Notes: generated by a model from the sequence alone, not told the origin. A stretch of DNA of 63,174 nt, filler included, from Phoronis australis (GCA_002633005.1; 9 parts of 9 records of this genome joined end to end with filler, not necessarily neighbours in it); one strand, 5' to 3'. Counted from the whole stretch's first letter, positions 35,871 through 48,766 are shown. Numbers and translations are program-made.

Positions 35871-35954
35871 ATGCGACATCTACGGGACATTCGCAAAGTG
35901 CTCCAGCTCTTACGCCAACGCTTCCGCCAACTCAAATGCCCGGTGGTAGCAGTG
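35871..35954 (+). CDS. Putative 84-nt phase-1/1 exon encoding a Ser/Thr/Pro-rich repeat (xATSTGHSQSAPALTPTLPPTQMPGGSS)
   Basis: ttttgttacag| and G|gtaagt, length divisible by 3, open frame, GC-richer than flanks. Confidence 0.65.
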
Positions 35955-36089
35955 GTAAGTCACTCTAGTAAAGTTAATGCCATATTTCACGAGAAAAGCA
36001 AAACAAATAAGGTACATGTCTATCTAAAACATTGTGTACCATGAGCGGCATGGAACTTTGTTGATTTACCCAGTGTAGTGACAACACGA

Positions 36090-37150
36090 TGAGCACTTAT
36101 CAAGTTTTTTCATCAACATCCTCGTCATTGTCAGCAAACATTTTGAGACACAATCCAACCAGTGACATAGCTTGAAACACGGCAAGCCAGATTTGAAACA
36201 GAATCGCATTTTGTACCAAAGAAAATTTTTTATACCAGCATTTTGCATGTAATATTTTCATGACATATTTTCTGGGATTATTAGTCGATTCACCCAATGA
36301 AATTTCAGACTACACTGTACTGTGCTCCAACAAGAACTCATTATTTTTGGAAGGCCAGTTTGTGAGTAACACACTGATAATTTGCACTTTTGGTTTGTAC
36401 ACCTGTAGCAGCAAGCAGTCATTAACAGGAGGTAAAGATGACCCATCACTGATTTCAAACTGAATATGTCGTAGCATACTTCGTAAACTGTAGGTGATGA
36501 GCTACGTAAAGCTTACGTACAAATGGTTCAGCGTCCTTCATTATAAGAGTTGGTCAGAAAACTTAAAATATTGAGCTCAACTTTTGAAAACAACCAGATA
36601 CTGTTGGATTGTGCAACAGCAACTGTAGGGCGTTCGCCTTGCCTTTTCTCTCTGAAGGCAATTAATTTGATCACTACCTGTGAAAAGGTGTAGACCAGGC
36701 AATGGTTGAGCCTGGACTATGAGAGAAAGAGACTACATGTAAATTCAAATCAATTACTCTGGAGCTTTAAGATGTGTATGTTAATATCTCGAGTGATACC
36801 GAAATGCTTGTTGCATGTGCCAAACCTTAAACCATTACATCTGTGCCGGGGCTTTTGAAGATAACTTTGAAGAGTGCCTGACTGCAGCATGATGATCGTG
36901 CAATAACAAACGCGTTCTCCGCCTCTTCATGATGGCTTGTGGGTTCAGGAATATTGTGTGGTCAACGACCTCTCCGCTATCGTATACAATGATGACATGA
37001 CACAACCTTCTGCGGGCGCCAAATATACTGCAATTTTGCCCTTAATTGCCTTAGCATTGCCACTTGCCCTTTGTTTTAACAGAAAGTCAACAAGCACCTC
37101 CTTGCCATTGTCACAAACCTCTTGAACTGCTGATTTTCTGAAAGGCATGG
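36090..37150 (-). mobile_element. Degenerate Academ(X)-like transposon protein C-terminus (XPG/FEN1-like motifs + Cys-rich finger), copy 1
   Basis: Across frameshifts, in order: HEEAE/TRLLLH, VIFKSPGTDVMV, LPGLHLFTGSD, EPFVRKLY, LPP...ANYQ, CFKSGLPCFKLCHWLDC. Confidence 0.65.
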
Positions 37151-37375
37151 TAATTCGTCAGCTTTCATCAAAGTAAACCTTAAGAAAATGAGCATCACCA
37201 TCGCCATTGATTGTGCTGTTCAGTTGTAATTAAACAACATATGTGGTAAAGTTTGGAGAATCTGTCGCATCAGGGTTTGAAACACTGAAAAGTTTCCAAT
37301 CCCCATGTTGCCCATCCTCCCTTTTTCTAGAAACATAGCCCTACATTGTAAGTTGACTCATGCCTCTTGTTACAG

Positions 37376-37459
37376 ATGCGACATCTACGGGACATTCGCA
37401 AAGTGCTCCAGCTCTTACGCCAACGCTTCCGCCAACTCAAATACCCGGTGGTAGCAGTG
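37376..37459 (+). CDS. Second copy of the 84-nt phase-1/1 Ser/Thr/Pro-rich exon (...PPTQIPGGSS)
   Basis: Both splice sites intact; one substitution versus copy 1. Confidence 0.65.
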
Positions 37460-37594
37460 GTAAGTCACACTAGAAGAGTTAATGCCATATTTCACGAGAA
37501 AAGCAAAGCAAATAAGGTTCATGTCTATCTAAAACATTGTGTACCATGAGCGGCATAGAAATTTGTTGATTTACCCAGTGTAGTGACAACACGA

Positions 37595-38650
37595 TGAGCA
37601 CTTATCAAGTTTTTTCATCAACATCCTCGTCATTGTCAGCAAACAATTTGAGACACAATCCAACCAGTGACATAGCTTGAAACACGGCAAGCCAGATTTG
37701 AAACAGAATCGCATTTTGTACCACAGCAAATTTTTTATACCAGCATTTTGCATGTAATATTTTCATGGCATATTTTCTGGGATTATTAGTCGATTCACCC
37801 GATGAAATTTCAGACTACAGTGTACTGTGCTCCAACAAGAACTCATTATTTTTGGAAGGCCAGTTTGTGAGTAGCACACTGATAATTTGCACTTTTGGTT
37901 TGTAGCAGCAAGCAGTCATTAACAGGAGGTAAAGGTGACCCATCATTGATTTCAACCAGAAAATGTCGTAGCATGCTTCGTAAACTGTAGGTTATGAGTT
38001 ACGTAAAGCTTACGTACAAAGGGTTCAGCGTCCTTCATTATAAGAGTTGTTCAGAAAACTTAAAATATTGAGCTCAACTTTTGAAAACAATCAGATGCTG
38101 TTGGATTGTACAACAGCAACTGTAGGGCGTTTGCCTTGCCTATTCTCTTTGAAGGCAATTAATTTGATCACTACCAGTGAAAATGTGTAGACCAGGCAAT
38201 GGTTGAGCCTGGATTATGAGAGAAAGAGACTACATGTAAATTCAAATCAATTACATGTACTCTGGAGCTTTGAGATGTGTATGTTAATATCTCGAGTGAT
38301 ACCGAAATGCTTGTTGCATGGGCCAAACCTTAAACCATTACATCTGTGCCGGGGCTTTTGAAGATAACTTTAAAGAGTGCCTGACTGCAGCATGATGATC
38401 GTGCAATAACTAACGCGTTCTCCGCCTCTTCATGATGGCTTGTGAGTTCCGGAATATTGTGGTCAACGACCTCTCCGCTATCGTATACAATGATGACATG
38501 ACACAACCTTCTGCGGGCGCCATATATACTGCAATTTTGCCCTTAATTGCCTTAGCATTGCCACTTGCCCTTTGTTTAAACAGAAAGTCAACAAGCACCT
38601 CCTTGCCATTGTCACAAACCTCTTGAACTGCTGATTTTCTAAAAGGCATG
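37595..38650 (-). mobile_element. Degenerate Academ(X)-like remnant, copy 2
   Basis: Same motif series (LPGLHIFTGSD etc.) within the duplicated unit. Confidence 0.65.
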
Positions 38651-40074
38651 GTAATTCGTCAGCTTTCATCAAAGTAAACCTTAAGAAAATGAGCATCACC
38701 TTCGCCATTGATTGTGCTGTTCAGTTGCAATTAAACAACATATGTGGTAAAGTTTTGAGAATCTGTCGCATCAGGGTTTGAAACACTGAAAAGTTTCCAA
38801 TCCCCATGNNNNNNNNNNNNNNNNNNNNNNNNNNNNNNNNNNNNNNNNNNNNTTAATTAATTAANNNNNNNNNNNNNNNNNNNNNNNNNNNNNNNNNNNN
38901 NNNNNNNNTTTTTTTTCACTACCAACCGCCGTGGAGTATTTGTTACTGTTTCTTTGAAGGGAGATATTGTTGGGCAGTTTCTAAGATACGTTTTCTTGCC
39001 GCCCTCAAAATGAGCGCTGCACACTTTATGCTACGAAGTCGGAAAGAATTCACGAAGTCGGCCTTTGCTACCAGCTCTACCGATGTCTCTGACCCATGTT
39101 TAACGCAGTTCTTGATCCTTGGGAAACAGGTAGTAACTAAATTTTTTATTTCGCTAACTGGTATTATAGCATGCCAGGCACACAACACGTAAAACCTCCC
39201 TGTGGCCGGTTCGCCCCCACGCTTGCCGACGTACTTGTTTACCAGCTTAACCACAATGCAACATTCTGACCCATTTCCAATATGGCGGCGTTGCAACTCC
39301 GCTATTGAGGTGCAGTTGACACTGGCAGGGAATTCTCAGCAAACTCACGTAAATTTCTAAAGTTCAATATTAGTAGTAAATACTGTTTTTTTCCTAACCA
39401 CAAGTCCACTAGTATTAAAATAGGTTTCAAAAATGTACACTGAACCGGTGTGACCTACTTCTTGGATTTTCAACCAATTTTTCACCATAAGTCCTCCAAA
39501 GCATTCATGACAGACTCAGAACAGCAAACAAAAGGTTATAAGTTCCTTCAATAATAAAAATGCCAATTCTAGTATCAATTCTACTTATTAAATACTGCTA
39601 CTTACATGTGTTCTGGTGTGACCCAATTTTTAATGACACCTGTTGTCCAGTTGAATAAGCTGCTATTAACTTATTCCATGAAATATTCTGTCAACTCTAA
39701 GCTCCACACATTTTTGGCCACAGAATTGGACTATTTGTCACCGCGATTTAATACCACATGCAGACGCCACTGATGAAAAACACGCTATCCCAGGTGCCCT
39801 GGCAATGACGATTCACGTTCCTCCGAAACATCAAGAGCAGTTTCCAGTCCACTTTTCAAGCTGAAAGTTGTCAGCAACAATTTTTTCCCGCGGAAATGTA
39901 ACAAAAAATGCGAGGAGGGAACAAGAGAAAAAGGGGAAATTCACGTTTCCGTGGAAAATTCCAAGCCTTGTCTCTGTTCCTCAAAGTAATCGTGAATTGC
40001 AATATACAATGGTAGTTTTCAAATACAGTAATCTTTTTCAATCAATACATGTTTACATTAGTTATCAACCTTAG

Positions 40075-40538
40075 TTATTGAGATGGTGTTGAGTGGCCAG
40101 TGAAGTCATTGATGCCCTCTGTGGTGGCACCTCCCTCTGCCTCCTTTGGACAATTGTCACTTTGTTCTGGCTGACATACCGTCTCTCCTCCTTGTGATTG
40201 CCAATGACTCTGGTATACCTCCTTGACTTCAGTGTCTCCTTCCATTTCTCCCGTAGCGCTTGTCTCACCAGAGTCTACCCACAAGTTATGCTGTTCTGTT
40301 TGATGATCCATGTTTAACTGTTCCCCATGAGGGTCGTCGGTATCTTCTGACACTTGGCTTAGTTCATTCCCATATTCTGATCTCTGTGTTAAAAATGGCA
40401 CTGCGAAAACTTGGTATTCAGGGGATTGTGTTGATACATTTTTGCCCTCTTTTGTAAAGTCTCCTTGATCATAGCACCAAAAGAAGATGAACAACACTGC
40501 AGTCATTTGTTGTTTGTAACTGTCTGATTTGCCGTTAT
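40075..40538 (-). CDS. Possible exon or pseudo-exon encoding an acidic low-complexity peptide
   Basis: Strong acceptor ctctctttttcag| followed by ~150 open codons, E/Q/D/T-rich; no recognised domain. Confidence 0.35.
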
Positions 40539-40920
40539 CTGAAAAAGAGAGTTATGTATTGCATGCTTAAATTTCTAAAACTATTAAAGGGAACATTTAC
40601 AGTTCCTTTGCTGCAAGACAAAAGATATAATGATATATATAATTAAATTAGTTTAAATTGGTTTTGAAACTCCTCAAAGTTGTGAAGTTACCTTTTAAGT
40701 CATTATTTACATGGAGCATAACATGTAAGAAATAGTCAATGGGTCCTTGTTGCGGAACATTTTGTGAGTACTATCATTTGACAATTCACTTTTTTCTTGT
40801 ATGGCTTAAATATTTCTAATTCATTATTTAAAAAGTTGCCATACTTTAGATTGCAGATTTTCTGTAAAACAGACTTGGGAAGCCCATTTCTGGCACCTGG
40901 GATGGATGTAAATTACATTT

Positions 40921-41640
40921 ATGATTGACATGTGTCCCGAATAATACATACATGATATGTGCGTCGCAAGCTTGTTACCAGAGATGAAAAGGAGACGGAG
41001 GTAGGCGATATAAGGTCATTTATTATGACTAGTACAGTTACAATATAATTAATACAGGTAAATAACGTATAATTGGTAATCTCTGGTAAGATGGGCAATA
41101 AAAAAGCGCCGGCCACGTGGAAGTACGAGAGGATGACGAAAACTAGGAGGTAGAGGGTGGGAAAATTGAATAAGTTTTTGAACGTGCGACAATGTGGCCG
41201 GAACAAAGATGAACTGAAAGCGAGGTTACCATAACAAAGAAAACACCCCTAAGGACACGTAACAATCATCAGCCTATAAGAGCCAAGAGCTGACCAAACT
41301 CGAGGCACGTGATAACAACAGACTATTACGAAGTCTGGGAAAACGACATGTAGTCCTACACAAAGGAAATAATGGAATAATCCGAAATGAGGGGGGGGGG
41401 AAGGAGTAAGACAGGTCACGTAAATATATTTAACGAGTGGAATACCATTTATGATAGACATATGGTCCGAATAATAGACAAATGATACGCGCGTCGCAAG
41501 CTCGTTACCAGAGATGAAAAGGAGACGGAGGTAGGCGATATAAGGTCATTTATTATGACTAGTACAGTTACAATATAATGAATGCAGGTAAATAACATAT
41601 AATTGGTAATCTCTTGTAAGATGGGCAATAAAAAAGCGCC
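40921..41640. repeat. Unclassified repeat, possibly LTR-derived: direct repeat 40961-41110 / 41491-41640 with a short inverted repeat at 40921 / 41269
   Basis: 150-nt near-identical direct repeat; ATGATTGACATGTGTCC vs GGACACGTAACAATCAT inverted. Confidence 0.55.
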
Positions 41641-42548
41641 ACAAGAGATGTTGTAAGACAGCTCATGCCCATTACATATCTGTCACGGGTACTAGAGCAT
41701 GGAACCCATGACTAGTTTACTTTTAAGTAGTGCTGACTGAAGCAGATTTGCTCAAGTTACTAAAGTTGCTGTTCTTAAATCTTAAAGGCACCCACTAAAA
41801 TGTATTCGCATACATTTCAGTGTTGACATTTCTTATGTTTACAGCAAAAATTCCAATCAGTTTAGCAAAATTGGCAATGCACTAGATGTGCAAAATAATA
41901 AATTTTAGATATTTGAATGATAGCAGGAAAAGATAACCAGGAAGGGACAACTGTTTTAGCGCATTTTAACGTATTTTCAAAGGTGATTTCAAAAGTAAAT
42001 GTTAAAGTAGTCTGGAATCCAAGCATTTGTTTGAAAGCTTAACTCTTTAGCTATAAAATGGCACCACTTTTGTCCCCAAAGACTTCATATTAATGGCACT
42101 GGGATGCTTTGAACATGACTTGTTTTACCCTTCCGAAAGATGCCTCTTCCCAGGCATGTACTCGGGCACGATCCTCTTTTTTGAACCAACAGATGTCACT
42201 AATATATGTAAATGAGGGTCGCATCGTCTACGTCATACGACGTCATACGACGCGAGCTTCCAATTTGAACCCTCGAGTGCCTATAGTGAATGACTTGAAA
42301 CGCAGTTCTATCTGACTGGGCAGATCTAAGAAAATGAAGAACTCATCATGCAAGTCAATGTTCAAAGGACATTGAATGGTTTCACATGAAAATACATTTA
42401 ATTGTATTTGGATACGTTTGCATGTGTGTATGCGTGGACTTCGTCATTTTGCTTAAATCCATATTTAGAAGCAGGTGTTAGTCAAGAAATTAGCTGCTCC
42501 CGCCACGGTGGCCGGTGTCGTGGCGTCGCCGGGAAGTCTGATCTATGC

Positions 42549-42706
42549 ATGCGCAATTCGACGAACTAATGCTAGTCGCTGGTCAGCTCTGCTATGATTC
42601 ATGTGCAATTCGACGAACTAATGCTAGTCGCTGGTCAGCTCTGCTATGACTCATGCGCAATTCGACGAACTAATGCTAGTCGCTGGTCAGCTCCGCTATG
42701 ATTCAT
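42549..42706. repeat. 52-nt tandem repeat x3
   Basis: Unit ATGCGCAATTCGACGAACTAATGCTAGTCGCTGGTCAGCTCTGCTATGATTC. Confidence 0.95.
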
Positions 42707-44054
42707 TTGAGACGTGCGGCTTAACTCGAACCTATACCCGTGTTCTGGCTCCAAGGTCGTTTTTTGACCCAGTTTCGGGAAAAGTTCATTTTAATACGGT
42801 CATTTCCTGAAGATTTTTTGGAAAGATATGATCCCGAAATCCTTGGCCTATAGAGCTGTATCAAAATTCCTTGTTGAAACACGGCCACTGGTCCAGCTTC
42901 TGCAGGGCGGCTGGGAAAATGAACGCGTGTCCCAAAAATGCACACACTTCAACCCCTCAGTGCAGTTCAAGTTCTTTCCCCGTCAATCACTGTGCGCGGA
43001 TTCTACTGCATGACTACACCTTATTTTTAACGTGGGTGCGCCACTGAGTCACAACGTGTCCAGCCTTTGCAGTGTGCACGGGAATGGCAAGCAAACGATT
43101 CGGTCTAGAAGAACCTAAATTCATTGCACAATACTGGGAACTACAAGCATCAAGGAAGTGCAAAGACAATCTTTCCAAATTTATGAGCAATGACTTGAAC
43201 TTCTTTTTTGATCTACGGTTTGTAAATTTTTGAATTTCATTAGTCTAGTTTTTAATTCAATAAAGCATTTAGAGCTGCCCCACATTCAAGAAATACCCCT
43301 GTTATCGTTTAGGGTCCTTCTTTGCGATATGGTGGTCAGATGATGGATCGAATTTTTGCCTTCAGGCTTCAACTAAGTTCAGTGACGCATCGCCATTTCT
43401 TACAAGACAGCTTCTGTGCTGTGCACGAATGTTTTGTGTTTTTGATGAATTTGGAATCTCAACTTCCCCTCATGAGTAGTTGGTAGTGTCATGCCGGAGG
43501 TTTACAGAAGGCGCAGTACTGAAAAAAGTGAGGGCTAAAGCCCCCTCAGCCCCCCTGTAGTGCACCGCCTATGGACCACTGGAAAACTTGGACTGAATTA
43601 ATACGCTCCGAAAAACTTTTGCTTTACAAATTTTCCCGAATTTTCGAAATACATGTATGAATGATTAAGTGCACATTTTCAAGGGCACTTAGACGACCTA
43701 TGCTGCAAAAACGGAGACCCAACAAATGTCCTGGCCAGGGCCCTCAAATGGTAAGCCATACACTGAAACCGAGTTGTCAATGTTCTCTTGAATTTTCGCT
43801 CTGATCAGTATTCGAAGTCTTTCATTTTTGTCTTTCCCCAGCCCCACACCTTTGTCAGTTGCCATGGTTTGACCCTGAGGCATGCAATTTTTTGGGGTGG
43901 CACTCGCCCTCTCCCCGCTTACTAAGGTCCTGATGCAAGGAGTCCATCATTGGTCCAAGGTCAATGTTGTGTTTCAACACGCATTCGTTGTATAGCTCAT
44001 AGTGAGCATTGAATTAAAGGTTTAAGAAACACAGTATCAGTTTTGCGCGTTTAA

Positions 44055-45477
44055 AGGCGAAGGCAACCTTTTTCATGTCATTTTTAGCAAAAATAAAGTT
44101 CGTTGATTATCCCAGACATATTTTTCACTTATTTACTGCTTTTCGTAATTTAATTGATTACTCATTGTCTACTCCGGAAGTGACGTTTTGGAAGGCAAGA
44201 ATTTCGCGCTAATTTCTTTTCATATAGTCTGACTGTGAGAGCAGTCGAGTCAGTCATTGTTCTACCTCGGTTGTGATAAGTTCGGTCGTCTTTGCTTTTG
44301 CTTAGGAGTCAGTCAACATGTCACGCTGTTGCTGCGTACTGGGGTGTACTCATTATTGTCTCACATACAGAGTAAGAACTGTCCCACTTGCCCGAGTGTC
44401 CCGCGACACACTCCCACTGAAGAGTGATCTGAGCACCCAAATTGCTTGCATTCCTCCGTGTGACTCCCTCGCCACACACCTAGCACCTTCCAAATAGCTC
44501 CAATACAAGTCCACAATAAACTTATCAAACTTAGGCTCACCGATCTGTTCATTGGATGACGAACTGTCCTCTTCACTGGGTGTCGAACTGGGCCTGTATT
44601 CACTCCCACTTACTACTCAACATCGCTGCAGGACTGCTTACACGCTCTGGGCTCAGAGACAACAGCACAGGGCGAATCACTGCTAGTTNTGGGTGACGAA
44701 CTGTCCTCTTCACTGGGTGTCGAACTGGGCCTGTATTCACTCCCACTACTCAACATCGCTGCAGGACTGCTTACACGCTCTGGGCTCAGAGACAACAGCA
44801 CAGGGCGAATCACTGCTAGTTTCCGAAACTGCACGCAATGGGGTATGTTCGGAGGCACGGGTGACAGCAGATGAAGTGCTTCCAGTCAGTGCCACAGCTC
44901 CCGAGGCTTCTCGCTTCAAAAACGCACTTCTCGGGGTTGGCGACGGAGAACTGCCGGGAATCGACAGCGACGGTAAGGTACCCTTCTTAAGGCGTTGTTT
45001 TGCAGGCACCTTCATGAATTCAGCGTGCATATCTGTCATAATCTGACGGCAGAAAATGCTTGCCACACACTCGGTAACCCTCCACTGCTTTGCACGTTGC
45101 GTGGAAGGGTAACGCTGCGTTCTTCACATGAACGAGCTAGCCAAGTACGCGAAGTGTGTCATCCTTCGGAAAGCGACGCAAGGTACCTAAAGCGCGTGTG
45201 AGACGTGGCATGTTGACTGACTTGTAAACAAAAGCAAACGACGACCTAACTGATCACAACCGAGGTAGAACAATGACTCACTCGACAGCTCTCACAGTCA
45301 GACTATAATGAAAAGAAATTGGCGCGAAACTCTTGCCTCCCCAAACGTCACTTCCGGAGTAGATGACGAGAAATTAATCAAATTACGAAAAGTTGCAATT
45401 AAGTGAAAAATGTGTCTGGGATAATCAACGAACCTTATTTGTGCTAAAAGTGACATGAAAAAAGGTTGCTTTCACCT
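44055..45477 (-). mobile_element. Kolobok-derived non-autonomous element, long subfamily, both ends present
   Basis: TTAA|AGGCGAAGGCAACC...GGTTGCTTTCACCT|TTAA; THAP remnant (VPAKQRLKKGTLPSL) and zinc-finger remnant; internal ~130-nt duplication at a single N (44689). Confidence 0.88.
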
Positions 45478-46416
45478 TTAATTGTGCGTGTAAAAGGGTT
45501 TATAGATTCGTACTGAATTTGTTGCTGCAACTTGTCTCATGGGCCTGTATCCGGCACGTGACCACAAATGTGGACACTANNNNNNNNNNNNNNNNNNNNN
45601 NNNNNNNNNNNNNNNNNNNNNNNTTAATTAATTAANNNNNNNNNNNNNNNNNNNNNNNNNNNNNNNNNNNNNNNNNNNNCACTAAATCCTACATTTTCAA
45701 TGCATGGACTTCCAGTTAAAGGGTTGCTTAACTGACTATAGTAAGATTAGATTTGCCTATACTACAGAGTCTAGCACAGCACTGGTCAGGCATAGAGTTC
45801 CCTGAAATAGAGAAACAGTTTCATCCACCATAATAGCGGACCTGTTATCAGGTTATGCAAGGACTACCTGATTCTTTAAATCAGTGAACCACCAGTGCCC
45901 CCTAGCAGGAATATACTAGGCGGCTGGTACCAACATGTAGCCCCTTTGATGGCTGTCTAGAGGCTACAATATTTTTCATCCCGTGTATTTTTAATGGGCG
46001 ATAGTCCAAGTCCAGTCACAGAAAAAGAAGTTTTCACCTCATAAAAATACATTTTACACTAAAAAATGTCACTTTAAAAAGCAACAAACGTTCTTCAGCA
46101 ATCCTTTCTGGTTCAACACATATCCTCGATGAAAACCACAACACTCCAGATGACCAACCAGCATCCAACGCTTCGCCAGTACAGTCACTGATTGTACCGT
46201 GACTCGTTCTGGACATACCAGCAGATGACCAGACCGTTTGGATTTGTGAACTTTTGATTAATCACATAGTTACAGTAGTAGTGGACACTAGATAAGTTGC
46301 TAGTTATCAAAGTACTGTTAAATGACTCAGCGAGGAGATGTAACAGTAGTGATTAGTACATGTGTACTTGTGTTATTATTGTTAGCTTAAGGAGCTTGTG
46401 TTGACAAATAAAACTA

Positions 46417-47687
46417 CCGTAATCGTTCGGGTTAACGCCCATGCTCAGTTAACCGCCCACCCCTACTTTAGGTGGATTTTCGATTTAACCGCCCACTGCT
46501 CGGTTAACCGCCCCCCTGCTATTTTTGAAGATTTCCAATTAAGCGCCCACCTCTCGGTTAACCGCCCATCCCCTACTTTTGACGATTGGTGATTACCGCC
46601 CTGTGCTAATAGGAAACGCGAATCCCCGATCTTTTAGGTTAAGATCGATGATAACATTGAGTGCAACGACGGCCTCAGAGACCGCGGTTTAGCAATGTGA
46701 ATTATGATACCAGTAACAAATTATTGTAACGGGTCATCGATTAACTTCAAAATGTAATACTTGAACACTTTGTCACTTTCTTTTCTTCTCATGTTCGCAA
46801 ACTTTAGGAACCGCGCTGGCGTCTACACCTCCACTTTCAGCCACAATCTCTGCCGCACTGAGTTATCGACTACAGTGCACTATATAAAAGATGCATTCGA
46901 AATAACCAGGTCAGANNNNNNNNNNNNNNNNNNNNNNNNNNNNNNNNNNNNNNNNNNNNNNNNNNNNNNNNNNNNNNNNNNNNNNNNNNNNNNNNNNNNN
47001 NNNNNNNNNNNNNNNNNNNNNNNNNNNNNNNNNNNNNNNNNNNNNNNNNNNNNNNNNNNNNNNNNNNNNNNNNNNNNNNNNNNNNNNNNNNNNNNNNNNN
47101 NNNNNNNNNNNNNNNNNNNNNNNNNNNNNNNNNNNNNNNNNNNNNNNNNNNNNNNNNNNNNNNNNNNNNNNNNNNNNNNNNNNNNNNNNNNNNNNNNNNN
47201 NNNNNNNNNNNNNNNNNNNNNNNNNNNNNNNNNNNNNNNNNNNNNNNNNNNNNNNNNNNNNNNNNNNNNNNNNNNNNNNNNNNNNNNNNNNNNNNNNNNN
47301 NNNNNNNNNNNNNNNNNNNNNNNNNNNNNNNNNNNNNNNNNNNNNNNNNNNNNNNNNNNNNNNNNNNNNNNNNNNNNNNNNNNNNNNNNNNNNNNNNNNN
47401 NNNNNNNNNNNNNNNNNNNNNNNNNNNNNNNNNNNNNNNNNNNNNNNNNNNNNNNNNNNNNNNNNNNNNNNNNNNNNNNNNNNNNNNNNNNNNNNNNNNN
47501 NNNNNNNNNNNNNNNNNNNNNNNNNNNNNNNNNNNNNNNNNNNNNNNNNNNNNNNNNNNNNNNNNNNCCCCCCCCCCCGATTTCTTGAAATTTCACGTTT
47601 AAGCGCCCATGTCTGGTTAACCGCCCACCCCCGATTCTTTGGGTTCGCCAATTTAACCGCCCAGGGCGTTAACCCGAACGATTACGG
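46417..47687. mobile_element. Tc1/mariner (pogo/Tc2-like) element with perfect 24-nt TIRs, interior mostly gap (46916-47567)
   Basis: TA|CCGTAATCGTTCGGGTTAACGCCC ... GGGCGTTAACCCGAACGATTACGG|TA; multiple subterminal TTAACCGCCC repeats. Confidence 0.88.
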
Positions 47688-47879
47688 TAGTTCCCGTACA
47701 GCCATATTGAATTGTAGTGATTTTGTCATACCGTTGACGGTCTCCTAATGTGTCCTTCTATGCACAAAAGGGACTTATAGCAAAGTGACTGGTGGTTTAA
47801 TCAGTGTGAGGTATAATTCGCTGAAAAGGTTCCAGTATATGAAGGACCTATGTGAGCATCACTGTCTGTGTATAAGACA

Positions 47880-48135
47880 CTAACGAGGTACCGTAAAGAG
47901 TTTGATATTTAAAGCAATGGCTCGACCTACCTTGAAATACACCTCTACTGTTTGGGACCTCTATACCCACAAAGACATTACTGCTATAAAGAAAGTACAT
48001 AGGAGAGCTGCTCGTTGGGTCATGAGATGGTTCAATCGTCTATCCTATGTTGTGTCAATGTTAGAAACCCTAAACTGGCCCACCCTCAGCCACAGACGTA
48101 AAATCTGTTGGTTGAAAATGTTTGACAAGTATGAT
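47880..48135 (+). mobile_element. CR1-type LINE ORF2 3' fragment
   Basis: ARPTLKYTSTVWDLY...IKKVHRRAARWV...MLETLNWPTLSHRR matches the post-RT VRPxLEYxxxVWxP...VQRRAARFV...LxWxxLxxRR pattern. Confidence 0.8.
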
Positions 48136-48659
48136 AAAAAGTCAGTGATCACCAACTCCGATGCTGCCCCAGTCACAGATCCTGCTCTCTGTGGCATCTG
48201 TACCAGAAGCATACGTGCACCTAGGGAGGGGCTCAAATGAGCCCCCAATATGGCGAAGTGGGCAAAATGGTCTGCCTCAGAGAAACAAAAACTCTGGAAA
48301 AAGTACAAAATGAGACGAAAGTCCACTGAAAAGACAGGAACTACCAAAATTTGAAAAATGCACAATTCATAGCTCTGAGCCTCTGAACGTACCCCGTGAC
48401 TTGTAGTAAAATGCCCACATTCTCAAAAATTCGACCCCCCTCATTATTTTGGCTGGGTGTGCGCATGAGAAGGTCATCCAATTATAGCAGATAGGAGATT
48501 ACATGCAAAATTCTTTCCTAGAACAGTCACGAACCGGAATAGCTATTTGCGCTACATTACATCAGCCCCTTGTATCTTGACATCTTTGTCAGCAGTTAAG
48601 CTATCTGCCTTTCTCAAGTAACAATGTCACGTGCCCCATCTGTGGCACCTGCTTACTGT

Positions 48660-48766
48660 CGGCACTAGTCAGATATAGCGTCCCTGATTTTGAGAACCAG
48701 TTTCATCCACTGAATAATGGGCCCGTTATTCCGTGATTGCCTGGTTCTCAAAATCAGGGACCGCTA
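48660..48766. mobile_element. Hairpin MITE family copy
   Basis: TCCCTGATTTTGAGAACCAG / CTGGTTCTCAAAATCAGGGA inverted arms. Confidence 0.75.

Larger units (their letters stand above)
35835..38808. repeat. Tandem duplication, unit ~1505 nt, about 2 copies filling the contig
   Basis: 35835-37339 repeats at 37340-38808 with scattered differences. Confidence 0.95.

Noticed and set aside
35862-36044. ORF-track peptide MLQMRHLRDIRKVLQ (and 37367-37549)
   Set aside because: Crosses both splice sites; the phase-1 Ser/Thr/Pro frame is the more plausible reading.
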